NCBI GenBank assembly: GCA_030390025.1
Contig: CM059438.1
Span: 59,460,001-59,524,000 of the forward strand
DNA: 64,000 bases
DNA from: Squalus acanthias
Taxonomy: Eukaryota
Direction: 5' to 3'
Part shown: positions 24,264 through 33,039 of the stretch, one piece after another
How the letters are laid out: each line of letters opens with the position of its first letter
Position numbering within the stretch: position 1 is the first letter of the stretch
The notes under the pieces: model-generated
Databases searched by the model: none
Told to the model about the DNA's origin: nothing
What the model saw: the letters and a program-made list of their open reading frames with translations, nothing else
Made by a program: the position numbers and the translations under genes

Positions 24264-24661
24264 CCCTATACGACCTTGTTTTATTTAATTAAATTTCATT
24301 AAATTTAAATAAGATAACTTAGTTTACAGTGTAGGTTATTGACTACTTACTTGATCTAGATTAAGTTAAGGGTACTGAAATTAAATATCTACCTGTAACA
24401 CAAAGCACTACAAGTAGTGTAGGCAAAAATCAACAACTCCTTCCCACTCTTTCCAAATAAAACACCCTGTTCAAGTCCACTCCATTAAACCCCACACTGT
24501 GCAGACCACTCTAGGCTGTGCAGACCTGTTTACTCTTATACTCTAGGAGCCTCACCCAATTTACAAGTGTTGACTCAGCTCCCCTGCTCCTGGTGATTAG
24601 CACCTATTCAAGACAAACACTTACAGCTGACTGACAGTTAACTGCCACTGGCAGGCAGCTT

Positions 24662-26887
24662 TGTAGGCTTCGCAAAATCCCACAGAAACTCGAACAGAAC
24701 CCTAAAGGGAGTGATTTTTGGACCTTTCATACAAACTTGAGATGATGGGACCTAAGTGAAGTGATTTGAGGTAAAAACCTCAGTTTTGGACATTTTAAAG
24801 ATCAGGGAAGAAAAACCCTGAGGAAAATTACTTTTGAATCTTACTGTTGGGAAAGACACCTTTCACAGACACAAGACAGGCTGCGGAGGGGCGTGGCCAG
24901 GCAGTGGACAGCTTTGGGTATTGGGGCCCAATCAAGCTGTCTAGGAATTGTTTACACTGCAATCCTACCAAGGAGGAAGAGACAAACCCAAAGCCTCACA
25001 AACACATCGAAATATGAATAATCCAAGACCCCTTTTTGAAATTCCCAGGCCCAAACAGGATACCAGAAGCCTGAAATCAGTAAAACATTTAGGGGGAAAA
25101 ATTCAGTTGGTTGCGCCTCCCGTTAGCGCCTTAAGAGGGCGCTAATGGGGCGCAAAGCAGCTAGCGCCCAGGCGCGGTGAAGTTTGCGCCGCTCGCGAAA
25201 TTAACTAGACATTTTGCGGCGGCGCTAAACACTACCACCACGATCTCCTGCGCCAGCAGATCGTGACGTCAGACGAGTGTGCAACGCCCCGGTATCGCCC
25301 CGGAGCAGATATTGAGTGGCGCCCCCTGCCTTACCGCTGACGCTAGCAACGACAGGTTGATAGGAGCGTTCTTCTGTCATGAAGGGAAAGGGGGAGCGCT
25401 ATTTAAAGGTGACCGCTTCCTGCCTTTTATTGTTGGTGCCATTTTTGAACTACGCATTCTGAGAGAGAGTGAGAGAGACTTCTGGAGAGATTCAACGTTG
25501 TGTGAAGGAGTTTTGGGTACTGAGCAGCACTTTGCAGGTTCATTTTGATTTGCCATTCCTTGTATCGATTTAGAAGAGACTGTGGGGGCTGCACTCTGAG
25601 CTCTTTGCCTGGTACTCTCCATTGTTCTTTCCAGCAGATTTGATGTGCAGGTCTCTCCAGGCCGAGATTCAAGGCTGCAATGAGCAGGATGTGGATGGAA
25701 AGCAAGATCAACCATCCCCTTTAAGAACTGGCCCGTGCCATTGTGTGTGTGTTCCATTGCTGACTGACATTACATGAGCTTCGCCAGCGCTCTGAGTTAG
25801 CGCCTCACTCCTCAGCCTTTGCGCCTTAAGACAGGTGTGCAGCGCCTGATTTAGCGCTCCAATCACCTCCTGGGGCGTTAAAAGTGAAGTTTCCAGTCAG
25901 TGGCGATAATTAGCGCCAGGCGCTAATCTTTGCGCCCGGACGATAGTTGCGCCCCAAACGGGGCGCGACTGAATTTTTCCCCCTTAGTACCCCGATTACT
26001 TCATCAAAAACCAATCAACCAGGTATCCACAGGGATAGATTTACAAGCCTGCCAAAAACCTAGGACAAAAGGGACAAGATTTGGCGCGCAGATAAAGGCC
26101 CTGCCTAAATGGGAAACATCGGAAGCCATCAGGACATGTTTAACATCAAGTTAAAGCCATCAAAACTAACAAGCCCGCCAAAACTTAGACAATGGAATAA
26201 ACAGTGCTCAATTGAAATCTAAAGGAAACCGATTTAGTAAGGGGTTTTGGGCACGAAAAGGACAAAGGGCCTGAACAGTATAATTGGGGGCCTAATCCCC
26301 CAAGACACTCTCTCTCTCTCTGGACTCTCTGACAACGCTCTCAACGCTCGCACAGCTCTCTCTCTCAGCCGGTTCCAGCAAGACACCACAAGCCACGAGC
26401 GGGAGGAGGAAAGAAGGCCAACAACTTCACAAGCAGACCAACACGCAAGAAGAAACCAGAGCGACTGCCTCAGTGACCATCGGACACCTCACGGCAACAA
26501 GGGCCTTACGAAACCTTTTACTCAAAAGACTCTAAACCCTAACTCTCAACTGGCAAGGATTCGTTTGGTGAGCATTATCCCTGATCTCCTGAAACCAAAA
26601 CCTAGCTAGATAGTGGGATTTTTGGGAGGGATAAGGTTTTTTTAGTATATGGTCATTCTCCCTCACCTGTACCGTGTGTTCCCCAACCTGTGTTTAAGTA
26701 TTAAGTGTGTTTTAAGTTTGTTACCTTTTTCTTTTAATAAAGTCAAAATTCTTTCATCAGAACCTGTTGTCTACTGCATCTTTGTTCACAACCCCTAAAT
26801 AAGTCCAAAGTCCAGAACCAGGGGCGTGGGAGCAATTCAAACCGCTCAGTCAGAGGTGAAGGCTGACCCCACACTCCACCCCCTACA
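24662..26887 (+). repeat. 5' LTR (~1.33 kb excluding the MITE at 25092-25983)
   Basis: Starts TGTAGG, ends CCTACA before the PBS; AATAAA at 26736-41; TATA-like TATAAT near 26279. Confidence 0.85.
25092..25983 (-). mobile_element. PIF/Harbinger MITE family B, inside the 5' LTR
   Basis: TIRs GGGGGAAAAATTCAG / CTGAATTTTTCCCCC; canonical TTA TSD (25089-91, 25984-86). Confidence 0.92.
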
Positions 26888-26890
26888 AAA

Positions 26891-26908
26891 TGGCAACTGC
26901 GGCAGGAC
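26891..26908 (+). promoter_or_regulatory. Primer-binding site, likely tRNA-Arg(TCG)
   Basis: TGGCAACTGCGGCAGGAC, 3 nt after the LTR; differs from TGGCGACCGCGGCAGGAC (complement of the vertebrate tRNA-Arg-TCG 3' end, recalled) only by two CpG-type transitions. Confidence 0.75.
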
Positions 26909-27090
26909 TTTGGCAAAAGGGTTGTGAAGCAGTGAATGCTGGTTTTGAGGAGAGAACAAAAATGGAAGAGAGGATGTCATCCTATGTATATAAAAAGGTT
27001 AATATCACCAAGAAATGGGTCCTCAGGCTGCTGCATGCTGAACGTCCTATGGATGCTGCAGCTACATGGACTGAGAGCAAGGAATACAAT

Positions 27091-27817
27091 GGCCCAGAAA
27101 TTGATCTCGCTCTGTTCCCGCAGGGGTAAGGCTTCCCCGCGATCTCTCACTCCGCTTGTGCTTTTTCAGATCCAGCTCGCACGAACTTGATGTTCCAGAC
27201 ATCTGCTGGGCAGTGCTTGCGTATCCCACCGGCGTAGTGAATTCGTGTGAGCTGTGGGATCACGTGACTCAGTTAGAGCCAATGGCAGCACACCATCTTC
27301 CATTCATAAGTTTCACAGCACCCTGTGAAATCTATGAATCTTACACCCCCCAAAATAACAGCTAAACCTCAATTAAATTTAAAAAAAACCATCACATTAA
27401 TAAAATAAGTATAGTTAAATAAATTAACCATTTTAAATAAAAAATTAAATTTTTGAAAAAATTTAAAATCTTTTAAAAAGTTATAAAAATAAACTTACCT
27501 GTCTTTAAAGTCTCTAAAAAAGATATACCTGTTAAAAAAAATTCAAAAAAATACTTAATTCACTACTTACCTTGTTAAAAGTGGGTCTTACTCCTCCTTT
27601 TTCCATTTCTAAAATCTTCCGTACTTACCTGCGCGTCCAAAGCATGAAGTGCACAGCGTGCGCGCAGCCTGTAGCGCGCACGCGATGCACCGAGGAACCG
27701 CACCCTTTTCAAAAGACCAAGTGCCGGTTTTCAGCGCATGCGCAGGGCATGCAGAAAACCGGCAATTGGAGAGAGAATACGCGAGAGTACGCTCGTCGCG
27801 GGATGAATTTTTGGCCC
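27091..27817 (+). mobile_element. Harbinger-type MITE family A, in gag
   Basis: TIRs GGCCCAGAAATTGATC / GATGAATTTTTGGCCC; TSD AAT/ATT (one mismatch). Confidence 0.9.
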
Positions 27818-29369
27818 ATTAAGTCTGTGGAGAAAGCCATATGGTTGGTCTGCTCCCAGAAACAAATGCAGCTTCTGGGGAAGCGCATTCAGGCTCTCTC
27901 AGAAGAGCTAAAGGAAGAAAGCCAACTGTCCCGTGCCAGAGCTATAGCAGGGGAGAGGTTGTTAGCAGAGCTCGGCACAAAAGATCAGGAACAGTCACAG
28001 ATACTAGAGGAACACCGTGCCAGTAAGGGATACCTCCAGTGTCAGGCCACCGAGGCCAAAAGTAGTGAACTGGCATTGCGGGAAGAGAACACCCGCCTTG
28101 CCAAGCAATTAAGGGAACTCAAAGAGAAGTTAAAAGATGTTCAGGCAGCTTATAGAGTAGCCAGTACAAGGGGGTTTGAGGTAGGGGACCACGGCCCCTG
28201 TCAGAAGCAGATTGAGAGTCTGAACCTTGCTCTGTCCAAGACAAAAGGCATGATGTGCCTGGTAAGCCCGGGTGCGGCCCAGGTAGGCCTGGAAGAGCAA
28301 GGGGAGACTGTTCGACCACCACCTGTGGCGCCAAGGATAAGCTTGGTTAGGCAGCAGGAGGGGCAGACAATCTGAGGCTGATGGGGAGTGCACACCAGCA
28401 CCTGTGGCGCCGAGTTTTGACTCAGTCTGGCAGCAAGGAGAGGGGGGCAAACCGATGCAGGAGAAGTCTGAGCCAGGGCCAATGTGCCCAGCACGACAGC
28501 AAAAGTTTGGCCCGCCCGCCGGTGGTGGAGGTCAGGGACCCCTTGAAAATCAATTCGTGGCTCCCCACGGTACACAACAGCTTAGGGCTATGGTAAGCCA
28601 CCTGAGTAAACTTACCCAAAAGGAAGACCCCTCAGTCCACTTCATGGAATTGGAACAGGCAGCAGGCATCAATGACTGTGATGATGCTGAGATGGCAAAA
28701 ATGCTCCTGTTCTCATTAGATGGCAAGCTATACCAGTCCCTCTCTGCTGAGAGCAAGAGGACGGAATGGGTATGCTGCCGTCGGAGAGGAAGTTTTAGAG
28801 GCCATGGGAATGAATGATGGTAGTCCATTCTCCTGGGTGGAGAAAACAGTGCAGCTCGCAGGGGAGACCCCACAGGCTTTCGCAGACAGACTGTGGCCTG
28901 TGTACAGGGGTGCTTGTAATGGGGATCTCGACCGAGCTAACCTGAACAGGGACGAGCTGGCCCACTGGCTCCGTAGCCTAGTGGCAAACAGCTTGCCACG
29001 AATCAAAGCCAAGGCTGAGCTTTGGTTTGACCCAAGAGACCCCCGGATCACCGAGGAGGCAGTGGTCAGACAACTGACCCTAGCCTACCGGAACGGTAGA
29101 GGGGCTGAAGAGCCCCCACCAAAAGGAAAGGTGCATGAAATAAAGCCCAGTCAGGATAAGGAGTGGCACCAGGAAGGTGGTAAACCTTCCGACACAAAGC
29201 GTAACTGCTTCGGGTGCGGGAAGAGTGGGCACTGGAGAAAGGACTGTCGAAATCCCTGGAAGGATATACTACCAAAGAATTCCCCAGCTTTTGCCCCAAA
29301 AGTAGAGGCACCGACCTCTTTCTCCCCCTGCCGCCCCCCCCCCCCCCCCCCACACACACTGGACACAAT

Positions 29370-30113
29370 GGGCCGAAAATTGATCCCGGGACGCGAGAGT
29401 ACGCACTGCATACTCTCGCGTATTCTCTCTCCAATTGCCGGTTTTCTGCATGCCCTGCGCATGCGCTGAAAACCGGCAATTGCTCTTCTGAAAAGGGGGC
29501 GGGGCCTGAGTGCATCGCGTGCGCGCTACAGGCTGCGCGCACGCTGTGCACTTCATGCTTTGGACGCGCAGGTAAGTAGGGAAGATTTTGGAAATGTAAA
29601 AAGGAGGAGTAAGACCCGCTTTTAAGAAGGTAAGTAGTGAATTAAGTATTTTTTTGAATTTTTTTTTACAGGTATATCTTTTTTAGAGACTTTAAAGACA
29701 GGTAAGTTTATTTTTATAACTTTTTAAAAGATTTTAAATTTTTTCAAAAATTTAATTTTTTATTTAAAATGGTTAGTTTAATTAACTATACTTATTTTAT
29801 TAATGTGATGGTTTTTTTTTTTAATTTAATTGAGGTTTAGCTGTTATTTTGGGGGGGTGTAAGATTCATAAGTCTCACAGCCATGCTGTGAGACTTATGA
29901 ATGGAAGATGGTGTGCTGCCATTGGCTCTAACTGAGTCACGTGATCCCACAGCTCGCACAAATTCACTACGCCGCTGGGATACGCAAGCACTGCCCAGCT
30001 GATGTCTGGAACATGAAGTTCGTGCGAGCTGGATCTGAAAAAGCACAAGCGAGGTGAGAGATCGCGGGAAAGCCTTACCCCCGCGGGAACAGAGCGAGAT
30101 CAATTTCTGGGCC
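29370..30113 (-). mobile_element. Harbinger-type MITE family A, in gag, inverted relative to 27091-27817
   Basis: TIRs GGGCCGAAAATTGATC / GATCAATTTCTGGGCC; TSD AAT (29367-69, 30114-16). Confidence 0.92.
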
Positions 30114-30213
30114 AATAGTAGCGGCCATCAGAGTCCTGTTTGGTGGCCCAGGGAAGGTAGCTACAGCCACTGGTGCTGTAATCCCACCTGCCCCCCCTAA
30201 CGCAGACCTATGA

Positions 30214-31083
30214 CTAGAACCAGCGCAGCCTGTCTACCTGTGTTCCCCGGGTTACGATGGTAAGATGGGGGTGGAGAAAGTGCAGGGGAGATGTTTGGTG
30301 GACACCGGAGCTGCCAGCACGGTGCTCCATTCAGAAGACCTGACCAATTCACCCAGGTCTAACAAAATCCCATTTAGCCCAATGGGGTTCACAGGGAACA
30401 AGCAGGCTGGAGCAATGTCCAAACCTTTGGACATAGATTTAGGATCCCTCCATACCACGTGGGAGGGTAACCAAAAGGCCGGCAAGTTGGCCAAGCAGGG
30501 GGCCAGGGAAGGAGAGTTCTGGGATCCCTGTAAAGCAGGTCCGGTAGCCGCAATCCGGGACAAGGGAGGCACACAGGAGGTAGCTTTGCCCCCGGACTTA
30601 AAGCAGGTCCAAGCCCAGGATCCTGTCCTTAAGGCCGTCCTGGTAAAGAGAGAGAATGGGGAGTCCCTAGAAGGTCCGTTCAGGGCAGAGGACGAGATTT
30701 TAAAACAGAGTCACTGGCAAGCAGCCAGTAACCTGGGGAGCCAGCACCAGAAAGATCGGCTGCTGGTAGAACCCCAGAGAACCCACGAGTGGGAGATTGA
30801 CCAGTGTAAACTGTTTAAACCTAAAAGGCAACAGCCAGCAAAGGTGGACTGCCCCCAAGTTAGAAATCCTCAGCCAACAGCAGCTGTGGCAGACGCACAA
30901 GCTGCAGCGGGAGGGACAGTGTGCTGTTTCACAGGAGAGAACCCTCCCCCGATTACATGGGACTCAAGCACACCCCCAGTGGCCAGAGCCCTAAGAAGGT
31001 CTCCCCGCACACCACAGCCAAGGCTACTGTGGCCACAGGTGTATCAGTTTACAGGGTCCCACCCAAAGAGGGTTGCAACCTGA
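30214..31083 (+). pseudogene. pol: Deleted pol: aspartic protease fused to RNase H C-terminus and integrase-flanking remnants; no RT or integrase core
   Basis: CLVDTGAASTVL (DTG at 30301); EGNQKAGKLAKQGA from 30463; LKQVQAQDPVL; no YxDD or D,D(35)E region seen. Confidence 0.78.
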
Positions 31084-31620
31084 AAAAGAGCGCCCAAGAG
31101 CAGGGAGCGTTCTAAAGTTGGGGATCCCCAGCCTACAGCCTCAGCAGTGAGGGATTCACAGGAGAGGTAGTACTGGGAGAAGAGAGAGAGAAGGGTCCCC
31201 AGCCTGCAGCCTCAGGCTGGGAGGAGCCCACAGATATGAACGAGGGCGCTGCAGCCACACCAAAGGGGGTAGTGTGGTGCAGCACAGGACTCAGCTGGGA
31301 TGTTAAGATACCCCCAGCGGTTTTGAGGAAGGCCTTCTGGGTCCAGCGGTACAGGCCGCACTACACCCAGGTGTACAAGCCATCCAGAAGCCACATAAGG
31401 CAGAGGCTAAACAGGATTTAACTTGGCCGTCCGGAGACGGGCAGCAAATGTACAGAAATTTTAGGTTTTAAGTAATTGCAGTTTTGGTAGTTATGGGTTA
31501 TCATTAGTTTAGTTATTTGTAGAGTTTTAAGTTTAAGGGCTCTATTAATTATCCAGCCAGAGAACCTTTCTGGGACATGGATATATGTTTTGTGTGTGCC
31601 CCTACAGAAAGGAATTCGGA

Positions 31621-31989
31621 ATGACTAGGGTTCTGCTCCTGCTCGCCCTGGTAGGTGACCGAGGTGATGTAGAGGACTCCCACATCTATGGGTGCTCGGG
31701 AGAGAGAGCACCAGTCGTCACCGCAGGGGGTGGCGAGCGGGGAGTGGAGGAGCTTGCCATCTACTTCCACGAGGGAAGGTGGCCAGGGCGGCTGGGGTCC
31801 AACTCTACTCAATACTCCAACCAGGCCGGGTTCACGTACGGGGAGGCCTCCCTCCCATGCCCCAGAATACAGGTCGTTGCCACAAGGGTCAGTGTCACCG
31901 AGGGGAAGTGTGTGTGCCTTACCTGTAAGGGACGAATTCCCCTGAATAGGTGGTGGTGGCTCAGGAAGCTGAGCAGGGACGCAGGGGAC
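31621..31989 (+). pseudogene. env-position ORF with signal-peptide-like start and possible Ig-like segment, truncated at the 3' LTR
   Basis: Acceptor TTTTGTGTGTGCCCCTACAG ending 31607; MTRVLLLLALVG; N-S-T sequon; VSVTEGKCVCLTC...WWWLRK. Confidence 0.5.
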
Positions 31990-32227
31990 CATTCTCCCTC
32001 GCCTGTACTGTGTGTTCCCCAACCTGTGTTTAAGTATTAAGTGTGTTTTAAGTCTGTTACCTTTTTCTTTTAATAAAGTCAAAATTCTTTCGTGAGAACC
32101 TGTTGTCTACTGCATCTTTGTTCACAACCCCTAAATAAGTCCAAAGTCTAGAACCAGGGGCGTGGGAGCGATTCGAACCGCTCACTGAGTCAGGGGTGAA
32201 GGTTGACCCCACACACCACCCCCTACA
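31990..32227 (+). repeat. 3' LTR remnant (3' ~238 bp only)
   Basis: 11 substitutions and one 4-bp indel versus 26654-26887 by hand count; AATAAA at 32072-77. Confidence 0.92.
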
Positions 32228-32423
32228 GCTTCTGGTAACAGTTTTTAAAATTCAAGGTTAAAATTTAAAAAAATCACTTTTTGCCTCTACTACTTACCCA
32301 ATACTTACCAGAAAGTCCCACTCAATCCAAATTCCCAAATAAAACACTCTGTTCAAGTCCTTTCTGTTTGATCCCGCTCTGTGCAGTATGGCCTACTCCT
32401 GCTCCTATTTCTTATGTTCTTAT

Positions 32424-32535
32424 GTGAGCGGGTGTTGGAGGTGATGGAAGTGTGGACCAGAGTGTCGGAATGTTGAAAGGGTGGGGGGAGTGGGTGGGGA
32501 GGTGAAGATGAGTTCGGTGGTGGCTTCGTGCTGGA
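32424..32535 (-). mobile_element. Continuation of the Penelope fragment from 17016-17445
   Basis: GGGTGTTGGAGGTGATGGAAGTGTGGACCAGAGTGTC...GAATGTTGAAAGGG colinear with 39820-39933. Confidence 0.7.
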
Positions 32536-32578
32536 TCAACTCAATGACCTCTGTTTATAATCGAGCTAAACCTGCTGT

Positions 32579-32597
32579 CGGCCACCAGAGGGCGGCC
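32579..32597 (+). promoter_or_regulatory. Candidate CTCF site
   Basis: CGGCCACCAGAGGGCGGCC closely matches the CTCF core consensus; motif match only. Confidence 0.35.
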
Positions 32598-33039
32598 CTC
32601 ACCACTGATCTGCCGAACCTTCCACTGTGTCCCGCAGATTTCAGTCCTCCTTTAATTGGCAAATCAAAACATTGAGAAACATTTCAACCAGCACTTAGCC
32701 CAGACCATAATTAACAGTGTGTCAGACATTGTAAATGCAACTTCCTTTTACAGCAGAATCATGCTGGAAATACCACAGGCCATTGGAGGTTAGTTGTGGG
32801 AAGACAGTAAGTCTCCACATTTCACACACTGGGAATGACCAAGGACCCATGGTTCCTGGTGAACAGCTGTCTGCCCAGAAACATGACTGGTCCCTGTGGC
32901 TGCTGTCTCATTGCAGATTACAGACCCAGCCTGTCAAACAAAACCTCCCAGAGTTTCCAAGAGAAGTTCTGGAGTGTTGGGAGACCATCCACAAAGGCTT
33001 GCCCTTCTCCAGCACCTCCCCCGCCCGGCCTCAGCACGG

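Larger units (their letters stand above)
26890..30213 (+). pseudogene. gag: gag (long coiled coil, capsid-like region, CCHC zinc knuckle), frameshifted and split by two MITEs
   Basis: Removing the MITEs restores the frame (ESKEYN|KSVEKAIWL; HTLDT|IVAAIR); CFGCGKSGHWRKDC at 29206-29247; ends TGA 30211-13; true start uncertain. Confidence 0.82.
24662..32227 (+). mobile_element. Internally deleted LTR retroelement / endogenous retrovirus-like provirus
   Basis: TGTAGG...CCTACA termini; 4-bp TSD GCTT (24658-61, 32228-31); direct repeat 26654-26887 / 31990-32227; PBS, gag, protease. Confidence 0.92.
19613..32385 (-). mobile_element. Apparently full-length CR1 LINE carrying nested insertions
   Basis: Tail AAGAACATAAGAAATAGGAGCAGG at 19613; ORF2 and ORF1 remnants; 5'UTR motif CCAAATAAAACAC.CTGTTCAAGTCC at ~24453 and ~32335; TSD GTAT 19609-12 / 32386-89. 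Confidence 0.82.

Noticed and set aside
32165..32185. B-box/T-arm-like GGTTCGAATC (minus strand) in the LTR U5
   Set aside because: No A-box or cloverleaf evident; the 5' LTR copy differs; probably an ordinary U5 hairpin
32917..32975. DYRPSLSNKTSQSFQEKF as a SEA-domain fragment
   Set aside because: Too short, no continuation or donor identified; resemblance may be chance
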